A stretch of DNA of 64,000 nt from an uncultured Geoanaerobacter sp. (GTDB lineage: Bacteria; Desulfobacterota; Desulfuromonadia; Geobacterales; DSM-12255): the NCBI GenBank assembly GCA_964528055.1, contig CAZGQM010000001.1:365690-429689 (forward strand). Reading direction: 5' to 3'. Numbering within the stretch: position 1 is the first letter of the stretch; every line of letters begins with the position of its first letter. Positions 1-11,300 of this stretch are shown in pieces. Made by a program: the position numbers and the translations under genes. Under the pieces are notes generated by a model. That model saw nothing but the letters and a program-made list of their open reading frames with translations, did no database searches and was not told where the DNA came from.

Positions 1-158
1 GCTGAAAGCTGGGTTGGACAATAAGAATTTTACGCTCCAGAGTTTGAGGCGTGCAGGATTATTTGAGATGTCGAGTCACATGTCGTATTATGACATGTGC
101 AAGATTACTGGTCATAGGCCGAGATATTCTTCAACTACAGTGATTCCATGAGAATTCC

Positions 159-719
159 ATGATGGATAAAAACACGATTGTTGCAATGCTGATGATGGTG
201 CTCCTGATATCGGGAGCACCTGTTTTTGCGGCTCCATTGAAGTCGGTTGGGACGACGGATGTGTATTTCTCACCTCGCGGCGGAGCAACAGAGGCGGTTG
301 TCAGGGAGATAGATGGAGCGAAGCGTGAGATTCGGGTACTGGCGTATTCGTTTACGAGCGTGCCGATTGCCAAGTCTCTATTGCAGGCTAATAAGCGCGG
401 AGTGAAGATTGAAGCGGTTCTTGATAAGACCAACAGGAAGAAAAAGGCGGGTAGTAATGGAAAAAGCTACTCAGCGGCAACTTTCCTTGATAACGCTGGG
501 ATACCCGTGTTTATTGATGACGCACATTCAATTCAGCACAACAAAGTAGTCATCGTGGATGGGGAAACACTGATTACCGGGTCATTTAACTTCAGCAAGG
601 CTGCTGAGCAGAATAACGCGGAGAACCTGTTGGTGATTAAGGGGAACAAGGCGTTGGTGGAGCGGTATATTGAGGACTATCGGAAGCATAAGGGGCATGC
701 AGAATCTTACGGCAACTAA
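159..719 (+). CDS. Secreted phospholipase-D-family endonuclease (Nuc-like)
   Basis: 186-aa ORF with an N-terminal signal peptide (MLMMVLLISGAPVFAAP). It has a single complete HxK(x4)D(x6)GSxN motif (HNKVVIVDGETLITGSFN). Size and architecture match plasmid/ICE Nuc nucleases. Confidence 0.85.
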   Translation: MMDKNTIVAMLMMVLLISGAPVFAAPLKSVGTTDVYFSPRGGATEAVVREIDGAKREIRVLAYSFTSVPIAKSLLQANKRGVKIEAVLDKTNRKKKAGSNGKSYSAATFLDNAGIPVFIDDAHSIQHNKVVIVDGETLITGSFNFSKAAEQNNAENLLVIKGNKALVERYIEDYRKHKGHAESYGN

Positions 720-757
720 AAGATACAAGCTCGGCAATATAACTCAATGGTGATTCT

Positions 758-2056
758 TTATGTTAGAGGTACTTCTATTTCAAAATATTTCCTTAACGAT
801 GTTAAAGCAGCTATTTCTACATCACGAAGAGGCGTACTCTTGAAAGTTCTCTTGTAATGGTATAAAGAACTCCATTCTCCAATATGACTTGATGCTCCAT
901 GCATCAGCTCGTTACGCAGATTGAAAAGGAATTCTGCTCTCATTGCCCACTTATTATCGTTAAATACTTTTTCAACTCCATTTTTAATACTTTTTTCAAC
1001 TTTGTTTCTTATTCCAAAAAAAGCATCGAGTGCTATGAAGTAGTATATAAATCGTTCTACCTCACTAGACATCATTGCATATTGTATGAAATGAGCACCT
1101 TTAGTGGCTCTGTGTAATTTATCTGGCTCAGCTTTTACCGATTCAGAATACCATTTCTTGATATTTTCAATGATGTCATCAGTAATCGATATATTATTTA
1201 TGAAAGAGGGGAGAATAGTTCCGGCTTCATTACTTACATAAATTGACCCAACTTTTTCAGGATGCTCAGGGAATAAATATATTCTGCTTTCTGGCCTTAC
1301 AGCATTTGTCATTAAGAGGTATGGCTTATCTATAGCAATAAAAGAGGAGAACACAGCTATAAACTTACGCATTAGATACCCTGACCTGAACGTAGCACCA
1401 TTTTGGGTACCGTCTGCTTCACAGACAAGACATGGATATGCCGGATTCTGAATTATGTTAATCTGGCTATTATTTGGTGATAAAAAAGGACTGTACTTAT
1501 TAACAGCAGTGAATTTATTTTTGTACTTTTCCCATTCTTTATAATCGTTGTTCCCTAATACAGATATACCGTCATAACCAACCGCAAAAGATTTAGTAGA
1601 AATGTTGGTTAGTGGGTACGTTGTAATCCAGTTATCTATAGAACGTTCAAGAATATTACTGATAATACTCCATAGCCTTTCTGCAAATTCTTTCCCGTCA
1701 ATATTAGCTTTAGCTTCAAATAAACTATCAACTGACCGTAGAAATATTTTATCTTCATCATACAACTTACAACTAAAAACAGTCTGCTCTATTATATCCT
1801 GCATTTTGTTTACAAAAAAATCAACGTCCCCATTTTTTAATTTATCACTGTCAGATATTGCCATTTGCGCGATATCTTCTAAAACTTCTCTTGATTTATA
1901 TGTGTAATACCATTCTAACCCAATAGAGCCAATTGGGTTTAAAAAGCTTTTACCTGTTAGAAATTGCTTTTTTGACGCAAACTTGCCGCCAGTATCTCTA
2001 ATCTTTATTTCTTTGGTGAGAAGAATTAGTTTGCCAAGGATTGCTTCAATTTTCAT
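758..2056 (-). CDS. Hypothetical protein with a C-terminal HEPN-like Rx4H motif (candidate RNase effector)
   Basis: 432-aa ORF lying 22 nt downstream of the helicase gene on the same strand. The C-terminus reads ERFIYYFIALDAFFG...LFNLRNELMHG, i.e. R-N-E-L-M-H, the Rx4H signature of HEPN domains. The gene is visibly more AT-rich than the upstream operon genes. Confidence 0.5.
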   Translation of the reverse strand: MKIEAILGKLILLTKEIKIRDTGGKFASKKQFLTGKSFLNPIGSIGLEWYYTYKSREVLEDIAQMAISDSDKLKNGDVDFFVNKMQDIIEQTVFSCKLYDEDKIFLRSVDSLFEAKANIDGKEFAERLWSIISNILERSIDNWITTYPLTNISTKSFAVGYDGISVLGNNDYKEWEKYKNKFTAVNKYSPFLSPNNSQINIIQNPAYPCLVCEADGTQNGATFRSGYLMRKFIAVFSSFIAIDKPYLLMTNAVRPESRIYLFPEHPEKVGSIYVSNEAGTILPSFINNISITDDIIENIKKWYSESVKAEPDKLHRATKGAHFIQYAMMSSEVERFIYYFIALDAFFGIRNKVEKSIKNGVEKVFNDNKWAMRAEFLFNLRNELMHGASSHIGEWSSLYHYKRTFKSTPLRDVEIAALTSLRKYFEIEVPLT

Positions 2057-2078
2057 ATATTTCCACTTTCATACAGCA

Positions 2079-4787
2079 TTACCACGCCTCTGACAGTATA
2101 TCCGTCACATCTTTTCTCGAAAGCACCTTTGAGCACAGCTCCCACCGGTTCACATTAGGGTTGATGCTTGTCTGATATTTCATATCAAAGGCATTCTTTG
2201 CCTGTTCTCGGAGATGGATATAAACGTCCATCTTTTTCTCCATCTCTTCTACGTCATCAATCCATTCGTCATCAATGATATCGGGGATACCGCCGAAAAT
2301 ATCGTGTTTATCTTTTAGTCGCCTTGAGATGACCTTATAGACCTTTTCGTCACGGGTTTCGTTGTAGACAAGATTCAGCATATCCACCGAGTCACGAGCC
2401 TGGCCAAATCGTTTTATCCTTCCCAGCCGTTGTTCGAGACGTGACGGATTCCATGGAAGGTCAATATTGATTAAAGTCCCCAATGTCTGCAGATTCAGAC
2501 CTTCACAGGCAGCATCGGTTGCAACTACAAGGCGGATTCTGCGCTCTTTGACGGCCAACTTAATATCTTCACGTTCGACGGAAGAAAATGACTCTCCAAT
2601 GAAAATACGGCTCTTGCCAAGACCCGCATAAACAGCAATGGTTTCATTTGGTAATAGCTTTGCCAACTCTGATGCTGCCCAATATGCCGTATCGTAATAC
2701 TGGCTGAAAATGATGCAGCCATGTTCAAGCCAGGTCTTACCTTCGGAGCGATACTCCGTAAGAAAATACTTCACGGCGGCAAGTTTAGGGTCTCTGGCTT
2801 CAGGTCTCGATAATTCGTCAACTATGCGTTGCAGGCAAGAAGCTTCCTGTTTGGTCAAGCCTGATAGTAGTCTTTCAAGATGTTGCGTATCTTCCTCATC
2901 ATCCAAAATTTGCCTGTTAAGAAACTTTTGGGCTGTGGACTTTCCTGACGCAAAACTTGAGCATAACCGCTGCAGAAGCATGGATTCGATAAGGCCAGTA
3001 GCACCCTTGCTGTCAGGTCTGCTACCAAGCGCGGTTGTGAAATCCTGTGCAGCCTTATAAGCGAGGTCAAACGGATGGTTGGTCATCAAGCCGGACCCGG
3101 CAAAGGTCATCCCAGGATATGTACTTGATGTGTGGTTCTGGATGGGGTGGACGTTAGCTGCTATCCGTTTCAGAAGGCCAAGCTCTTCCAATGTATCCCT
3201 ACGTCTTAATACGGTATGCCTGACAATGGGATTGTTATTCTTGAAATAATCAGGATAAAGGGTTTGCTGCACAAGTTCCTGCTCAGAATAACCGAGAGAG
3301 CTATATGGCATGTCGCTGAAAAACTGGTTATCACCCAACCCCAGGCCCATTCTCAGGCTGTTAATTGTGGGGCTTTCGTTTGCCGGAGGGACTGGTGTCC
3401 GTAAGAGTTCCCAAGCGTCTTTCCCATCATAGGGCACTTGTTCCCCTTTTATGTACGGTAGTGATTTGTCATGGATAGCCCAGATACTTACTGATTCACG
3501 GCCAAGGACGAAATCGACCCCAGAATTGAGAATCCTCATCAAGTCCCAAAGTTCACAGACCTCTGTCTGAATCGGTGTTGCAGTACCGATAAGAAGGTGT
3601 CTAGTCTTGGGGCCAATATTGACCATGAATTCAAGAAGGTTGTTGTCTTGAAGGTCGCTTTGATTCAATGCACCTTTTTTCCTGGCCTTATGTGCTTCGT
3701 CCAGAATAACGGTGCCATATTTCCGCTTGAGAAGTTCTTCCCGTTCTTCTGTCGGCTGGATAATCATGCCGGTCGATACAATGGCTATCTGGTATGGACA
3801 TCGTAAGACATCCTGTGCTCCGCGAGTCTTGATGATATGTCCATGCGGGTCTTGCCAGCACTTCTTGTTCGAGAGCCAGACGGCACTTGGGATTCCAAGA
3901 CGGTCTTTCAGTTCGGTTTGCCACTGGAAAACCAGCGTTGAAGGGCAAAGAATCAATACTGGGCCATCGCCAAGAATTGCCGAAAGCATGGCACAGGTTG
4001 CAAGAGAAAGGGTTTTGCCTAATCCGACTTCATCGGCCAGAAGCAGACGTACTTTGCCATAAATTTCCCGATGCTCAAGGAAGGTGACAACAAATGAACG
4101 TTGCCATGGCTGGAGTTCTTCGCCAGTTCTGTAGAGTGGAGATTCAGCAGTAACAGCGGCAGGGAGGTCTTTGATGCTTAATTCGTCAAAAGATACTTCA
4201 GCACGTTCAGCAATTCGCTGGACTTCTTCTACTATAGCATCAGGGAGTGGGTAGGCATCCTTCCAGAGGGCTTCGAATTCATTATCGACCCAGTTAATGC
4301 CTTCATCCGAAGTGTCTTCCCAGAGGATTTCATAGTTTTCAGCAAAGGCGCTTCTCGATTCGTTGATGGAACCGAGGAAACAGGTTTTAGTACCATCGGC
4401 AAGTTCGATAATTCCTGCTTTGCCATGGACGAAAACCTTATTTTTAGGAACGACCTTAATTTCAACATTACCAGCAGAAAGTATTTCGTAAAGCTTCCGG
4501 TACCTCTCCCTGTGAAGGAGAGATTCCAGTTCGACCGGAACCTGATTCCAGCGTTCCTTGAGGGCAGTTTCACGAGCTGCTTTGGATATGGCGATATCTT
4601 GGACATCAAGCTCGCTATTGCAGAGAATTCGCACATCAGGGATTTTGGCGATTTCTTCCCCGACAAGCTCGAATATTGAGCTTCTGAAATATCCTGCAAT
4701 CCGCTTATATGAACGTGCGCCCTGAAGCTTTCCTGACAAGAATGCCTTATCAAGTCTTTGCTGCCGGGAAGAAAATCGATTTATCAC
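2079..4787 (-). CDS. PLD-like nuclease domain fused to an SNF2/DEAD-type helicase
   Basis: 902 aa. The N-terminal PLD-like element is VFVHGKAGII...GSINESRS. Helicase motif I is LADEVGLGKT and motif II is ILDEAHKARK. The helicase C region is ATDAACEGLNLQ...DLPWNPSRLEQRLGRIKRFGQ. Confidence 0.9.
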   Translation of the reverse strand: MINRFSSRQQRLDKAFLSGKLQGARSYKRIAGYFRSSIFELVGEEIAKIPDVRILCNSELDVQDIAISKAARETALKERWNQVPVELESLLHRERYRKLYEILSAGNVEIKVVPKNKVFVHGKAGIIELADGTKTCFLGSINESRSAFAENYEILWEDTSDEGINWVDNEFEALWKDAYPLPDAIVEEVQRIAERAEVSFDELSIKDLPAAVTAESPLYRTGEELQPWQRSFVVTFLEHREIYGKVRLLLADEVGLGKTLSLATCAMLSAILGDGPVLILCPSTLVFQWQTELKDRLGIPSAVWLSNKKCWQDPHGHIIKTRGAQDVLRCPYQIAIVSTGMIIQPTEEREELLKRKYGTVILDEAHKARKKGALNQSDLQDNNLLEFMVNIGPKTRHLLIGTATPIQTEVCELWDLMRILNSGVDFVLGRESVSIWAIHDKSLPYIKGEQVPYDGKDAWELLRTPVPPANESPTINSLRMGLGLGDNQFFSDMPYSSLGYSEQELVQQTLYPDYFKNNNPIVRHTVLRRRDTLEELGLLKRIAANVHPIQNHTSSTYPGMTFAGSGLMTNHPFDLAYKAAQDFTTALGSRPDSKGATGLIESMLLQRLCSSFASGKSTAQKFLNRQILDDEEDTQHLERLLSGLTKQEASCLQRIVDELSRPEARDPKLAAVKYFLTEYRSEGKTWLEHGCIIFSQYYDTAYWAASELAKLLPNETIAVYAGLGKSRIFIGESFSSVEREDIKLAVKERRIRLVVATDAACEGLNLQTLGTLINIDLPWNPSRLEQRLGRIKRFGQARDSVDMLNLVYNETRDEKVYKVISRRLKDKHDIFGGIPDIIDDEWIDDVEEMEKKMDVYIHLREQAKNAFDMKYQTSINPNVNRWELCSKVLSRKDVTDILSEAW

Positions 4788-4790
4788 TGG

Positions 4791-7700
4791 TTATCCCATT
4801 TTTTGGTTTCTTACAAGGTCTCGTAATACCCTTGCTGAGCTTGCTTCTTCAGGCCGCATACCTTCAAGTTTTTTTGCAAGGTAATCAGCCAGTTCAACTA
4901 TGATATCCCGCTGGCGATAATAATCAGGGATGTTTTCTCCAAGATGGCTGACAACTTTATCTCCCTCGATATCCTTCTGCAGTTCCCATATACCGTACAG
5001 AACACCACGAAGTACCGTATTGGCAAATTCGGAATCTCCTGACATGTCGGTTTTCCCAAATTCTTCGGAGCTTTTTAGTCTTGCGGCGTTAGCTTTCTCA
5101 CTTGCCATAAATGGTTTGTAGCTTCGAACCTGAAAAGCCTTAGAAAAGTTTTGATAGTTATCTAAGGTTTTTGACCCCTTAGCTTCGAGGTCAAGCATTT
5201 TGAGATAAAAGCGTTCTGCTGGCTGAAGATTATCCCAATGAGATTTTTCAATACCAGGAGGGACTAGACACTGATTTGCAACTCCAACAGCGAATTCAAT
5301 TAAATCATCAACAAAGGTTAATTGTTTCTTGACGCGAGGACGAACTGCTTCCGTTTCCATATCCTTGCCATCTATAATTGAATACTTGGTCAACACACGT
5401 AATGCAGCAGCATACCCAGCCATCTGCAAGTCAGCATCTGAAAAAATGTTTTCATCTCGATATAAGTCTTTTGAGTTTTGGTTAAGACCGGTAAGAGTCT
5501 TAACTTGTTCTTCAACTTCTTCTTGAATTTCCCATGCGAGGTCTCCACGGCTTGTCTTATATGAACCTTGCCGCTTCCTAAGGACTAGAAAAACTGTTCC
5601 TTTGACATAACTACCTTCACGAGGAAGAGTGTCAGTTTCTGTTACTACATACCATGCGGCTGATACATGCAACCCAGAAGCCCATACTATATTTGCCATA
5701 TCAGCCCATATTGTGCCAGATTGATGGGTGAACATGATAACCTGGATACCATTATCAGGCATCATTTCGGTCATGCGCTTATAGGCAGCTACCATGCCAC
5801 GACGAAAACCTTCATCTTCTCCTTTAATAGCAAGTCCCCTACGGGAATCCCATGTCCAATTGGCAAATTCTACGGGTGGATTTTTACGAAGCCATGCAAT
5901 GAAAAATTCTAGTATCTCTTCGTATTTGACTGCATCGCCATAAGGAGGGTCAGTAATATATATGTCGTTCACAGTTGTAAGTTTGTCGGCAGGAGTAGAT
6001 TCAACAACAGCATTAATATTAGGGAATGGAAACCTTTTGTATTCTGGGATAACGGGTCTGATTATGGATTGACTACTTCTTACCCCATAATTTAATAGTG
6101 TATTCAACGCTTGATTATAAAAAGTTTGATGTGTCGTATTTACTCCCGGTGAACCATCCCATGAACTTAGTTTTGAATTCCAATTTGCTGCTTGATTAAC
6201 TCCAAATTTCAGGGCAGCTGAATTCGAAAAACGGTTTATTAGACCATTTACCAATAATTGACGTGGATTGAATAATTGATGCCAATATGTCCAACCACGT
6301 TCCCATATCGGTTGACGAGTATTATAGCCCGTCTCTATTTTCATATCAGGTATCCAGCCATTATTTTGCCAATCATTAATATTTAAGGATAAAAAATCTT
6401 CCACATCTTTTTCACGCTTTAAATCTTCTTCGGTAACTGCACGAAAAGAATAATCAAAGGTTTTCTTCCCTTCTTTGGGGCGCATCCATTGAATGCAATA
6501 TAGCCGTTCCTGAAAAATGTCATCAGGTCTTGGCTTGAAATCCAGCTTTTCCCAAAACCTTAAACGGTTGCCGCTACTTCCATCTTCTTTGCGATAATCC
6601 CCGCGTAATGTTGAAATTTTGGTGCGATATTCAACACCATCTACAGAATGTATCAAGTAAGGGTCTTTTCCACGTCCATCACTACGAACAGTTCCCTGCT
6701 TAGCAGTAATTATTTCAGATTCCGATACATTGCCACACACAATAATATCGTAGCGTTTGTTTATTGAGTCAGGTACCAGCTCAACAATTGTATTGTTGCC
6801 TCGACTAATAATAAATGTTGGCAATAAAGGCACCATCCAGCCCGATTGTGGGCATTTGGTTTCGATACAATACAAAAATGTTTTTGCTTTCCATCCTGCC
6901 CCGTCTGATTCGATACCCAATCTGTCAATTTCTGAATTTAAATTAAGAACGAGTTCTTCTTGTTCTTTTATCAGCCTGTTCCTATTTTGTTCTGTGCCGC
7001 CTATAATATTAAAAACACCCCAAGTCAACATACATGCGATAGGATTTAAGTCTGATGCATAGACATCGCATCCTAATCTTGCTGCTTCAAATGGAATTTA
7101 CCAGAACCACTAAATGTATCGGCTACTCGTGGTTTATGTCCAAAACGCATAATCCCCAGTTGTTCAACTAACTCTTGAGTTGAGTTTGCTGTTGTCCCTA
7201 AATGTGTATTCACCTCTTCCCAAATATGTGAATCAATAACATCGTCACACATTTCGGGACGATTTGCTTTTTCAACAAGTTCTCTATATGAAATTCGTGG
7301 TAACGCGAATGATTCTAGCTTTCGTCTTTCACTATCAGGAATATCTTCACGCCATGTTAATTTTGGAGTCTTTCCATTATCTGAAATAAAATCAGTGACT
7401 TTAAAGGGAGCTTTTGAAGGTAATACCCCTTTGGGTTCAACATAGAAGTATTTTTCGATATCATCTATGTTAATTCGTTCAACAATTTCTGTTGGTTTAA
7501 TACGCCCTAGCCGAACAACAAGTGATTCGTCATCCATTGCCATTAATTTCTCATATAATGCCAAATCTTTTTTGAGGTCATTAGTTGCTGGGAGCAACAC
7601 CCCAAGAATGCAAGCTCTATTCAAGATTAGTGGTTTTCGGCCTTTCCAATAACTTCCAAGTGCAGTCAGGGTTTTCCCAAGATTCGCCATCTGTTCTTTA

Positions 7701-7798
7701 TAAGCTTCAATAGAGAGCTTTTGCGCTGGAAATATCTTTTCAATCAATGCCGGAGCATCCTTCAGTGAAAACGGAACTATTTCTTTTTTATCAGACAT
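4791..7798 (-). pseudogene. DUF1156-type N6-adenine DNA methyltransferase, split by a 1-nt frameshift into ORFs 7073..7798 and 4791..7031
   Basis: The upstream ORF ends ...ADTFSGSGKFHLKQQD* (motif-I-like FSGSG). Reading the other frame from 7097 downward gives IPFEAARLGCDVYASDLNPIACMLTWG, which runs straight into the downstream ORF. The downstream ORF carries DPPYGD (motif IV). The frames switch at about 7098-7100. Confidence 0.8.
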
Positions 7799-8382
7799 TA
7801 CATAACCTCGAATAATGATGGAGTTGAATCTTCTTCACGAACCGGACGGCGGCGTTTAACTGTTTTTTCACCTGTTTTCCCATCGGAAAGAGCAAACATT
7901 AATGCTTTACGCCAACCCCTATCGGAATCTTCAGCAAGACCAGCTTCCGCGACGGTCATGGAAAACAGCCACCAACGTTCTTCTGGACGGAGAGCACTCC
8001 ATTTGCTGCAGATAACCGGAATCTTTTCCGGTTCTGCACGCTCTGCTGCCCACGCAAGGATGCAGAGTTCTTTTCCTAAAAGACGGTCAACTTTGACTGA
8101 TTCCTTGCCAGTACCGACATGCCACCGACCGGTGAGAAGTTTTTTGGCTTTCAATCTTTCGTTGAAGTTCTTACGGGCAGTTTCAGCTATTGCAGACCAT
8201 ACCTGACGGTCAAGTACAACACGCACTTCATCATAGGGAAGTCCGTTTTCGCCACCCTTAAGCCCGAAGTCTTCAATGATGTAAATCTCCCCGTTCCTGG
8301 CTGGGGGAATTTCCACCCTGAAAATATGCGCTCCGTATACTACAGGAGCACCAAAATCAACGTAGGATTGCTTTTCTGTCAC
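7798..8382 (-). CDS. DUF3780-like protein of the DUF499/DUF1156 defence cassette
   Basis: 194 aa. Both its start and its stop overlap the neighbouring genes by 4 nt or less. The sequence (RLLGKELCILAWAAE...PEERWWLF...GWRKAL) matches my recollection of DUF3780, and the gene context is the canonical one. The assignment is from memory, not a search. Confidence 0.55.
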   Translation of the reverse strand: MTEKQSYVDFGAPVVYGAHIFRVEIPPARNGEIYIIEDFGLKGGENGLPYDEVRVVLDRQVWSAIAETARKNFNERLKAKKLLTGRWHVGTGKESVKVDRLLGKELCILAWAAERAEPEKIPVICSKWSALRPEERWWLFSMTVAEAGLAEDSDRGWRKALMFALSDGKTGEKTVKRRRPVREEDSTPSLFEVM

Positions 8383-11300
8383 TGTTCAACTTCCTCTTGC
8401 TTGATATTAATCCCCAGACTTTCGGAGAACTGCCGCAAGTCATGACCGGAATTGAAGTTAGCCTTCTTGAAGGTCATAGTGATTGGGGTATTGTCATCAA
8501 ACTCTTTCAGGATGACGTTCAATATTGATTCTATGTAGTCAGGAGTTACCTGAATATCACCAATGACTGTGGAAACTGATTGGCTACCCTGGCCGATTTC
8601 AAGGCGAATCCCTTCAAAGGTCACACTCTTTTCCTTCGCCTCTTTCAGCCCGTTAAAGGTCTTGGAACGGGAATCCAGCCGCTTGCCACCATATTGATTT
8701 ACGAGCTTGCCGGGTTTTGTGTCGTCAATCTTGATACCGGTATCCCCGATTTCGGCAAAGGTGAAGTTTGATTTTGCTTCGAGGCCATCGGCTTCGGCAA
8801 ACACCATAACTAGCGTTTCCTTGTCTGGAATCTCAAAGGGAGCAGTATACGGTGTGCCATCACGAGGCTCTTTGCCATCGAGCGTGTATTTGAGGTTGCC
8901 TTTCGGAGCAACGAACAATTCGATTTTACGTTTTGGTTTTTCATTATGGAGTTGGTTACGGATTATCAGTTTGTTCGTCCACGTTACTGGGTCTCCTGTT
9001 TCGTATTGACCCGAAGGGTCTACAACGAGTAAATGGACGCGCAATGCATTCGTGAACAGTGTCTGTTCAGTCAGGATAGGGCTGGATTCGGAAACAGAGC
9101 CATCCTCAGCATAGTGGGTTCTGGGTGACGGACCAGCATTAAGCTGGTTGAGTCGAATTCTTACAAAACCCGCATCGTTTGGTTCAGTTTCAGGTACAAC
9201 CTGAACGGATGTCATTTTCTTCTTGGGTTTCTTGGTTATGTAGCCATTGCCAAGGTCTTCCCAATGGCCATGAGAACAGGCAATGGCTTTCAGGGTTTCA
9301 AGACCTTTTGGTGGCAACCATGGCATTCCGGCCTGTTCAGATGCACGGTCACGCATATCTTCCCAACGGGATTCATCCTGACTAACCGGCCAGAGGAGGT
9401 CTTCAGCCTTATCCCGAATAGCATCATAATTTGCATCAATATCGAGATAGAGTTTAAGAGGGTCTTTGGTCAGAGTTTTTTCAATCTGTTCTTCACCACT
9501 GAAGTCTTTCTTCTGGTCACGGGTCATGTCGAGGGGTTTGGCGCGGAGTTCCGGCGATTTCCCTTGACGATGTACCGGGAAGAGAACCTTGTCAAAAATG
9601 TTCAGAACAGTTGAATTATAGTCCTGTTCATAGATTTCAATCTTATCTTCAAGCTCTCCACGTTGAGGATGTTCTTTGTGAATACGCTTTTCAGCCCTCA
9701 TCACGGCATATATTTGCCGAGCGGATTTTTCCAAACTGGCCATCTGGGTCTTATCACCAGTAAGGACACAAAAGTTATTCTTCTCTGTAAGGCTGTCGAA
9801 TTGCTCTTGCAGTCTTTCAGGGGGAATCTTTGAATCGGGGCTTACGATAAGGAGCACACGGTTGCGTCTGATTTTATCCGCAATCTCATCATATTTTGGT
9901 AATGGGAGAACTTCGGTGTAGGCACTGCCGCGTGATGGGGCGAACATGGTCTTGAGTCTTGTGCTGATAAGCTCATCAATTTTATTTTCAGGGGCTTCTA
10001 TTGCAAAGCCTTCCAGCATTTTTGTTAAATTTTCCTGCCGGTCAAAATAAAATTTATCTTCTGGAGTTCGGTGCATGTACCAAGCAATATTCTTGAGAGC
10101 TTCGAATGCGTCAGCATAATCGTTCGGCCCATTCAGCGGATTCACAAGACATTCCAGTATTTCTTCCTTATTCAGACCCTTTATGGCGTTGGTTGCAGTA
10201 GAGAGGCTGGCAGTAAGAACAAGAGTACCAATTTGGGAAGCGAAATCATTACCTGCGTTCATCCCAATAATCTGGGCATGGGAAGATATGTTTGAATCCC
10301 AGAGGTCTTTTGTAATTGCATCGCGCAACCCAGAAATTTCAGTCAATTTGTCACGGACATCATTGATGGACAGGTCGAAATGCTGCGCTCCTATCAGATA
10401 GACATCATTATCCTGCCGTTCCCATACTGACCGTAACAGACGGGAGATAATTTCCATGAGGCCCCGAGTCTGTTTGAACTTCTCATTTTCCTTGAAGAGA
10501 GCAACAAGGTTCTTGAGGGTAGGATGGAATGGATAGGTATTAATAACTTCTTCTGAGATAGATTCAGCGCCACGGTTAACGGCTTTCGATTTTGTTGCCT
10601 CCTCAAGAGCACGGCCAAATCGGGCAGCAATATCTTCTATCTCTTTACGGTCAGGCAACTTCTTAAAAAGTCGTTTACGGAGAATTTCATAGACTTCGTT
10701 GCCGGTCAAATCAACCGGAGTAATGTTGCGCTCCTGACGGCCAATTTCCTGTCGTGCATCCTCAAGTGCCTTGTTGATGAGGCGAGTACCAGACTCGTAT
10801 GAAGCGGCAAGGTCAGATACCACAATGCAGACCTTGGCTTTTTTGCTGGCAGCGGTGAGCATGTTAGCTAAAGCACTAGTTGCTATATCAGCCACGGTTC
10901 CATTGCCTATAGGCTGGGTATCGTAATTGTTGAAATATGGCGGCATCTCATCAAGAAGGATAAGTACCGGTTGTTCTCCCTCGAAGAGGGTAAGCCAAGC
11001 ATTTTCATCAGGGGCTTTGGGGCCATTGGCCCAGAACTTTTTAAATGCTTCAGGTTTACCGAGCTGTTCGGCAATCTCTCCCCAAAAAAAGTGGTCAGGA
11101 TAATTACGACCGGTAAAGGCAGCAACCTTGGCCGTATCGAAAGAATCTGAGTTTGGAATGTCACTGCAATATACTTTACGGAGGGATGGATGCTTTGCCA
11201 GCAGACCAAACCCAACGAGGAGGTGAGTTTTACCGCCGCCCATGGCCTGTTTCAGATGGAAGGATGATTGACTCGATTTTCCAGCCAATCGGGTAATACC

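Noticed and set aside
77-99. Perfect 8-bp inverted repeat cacatgtc-N7-gacatgtg upstream of the Nuc-like gene
   Set aside because: It could be an operator or a small hairpin, but it occurs only once and nothing links it to a regulator. It is noted only.
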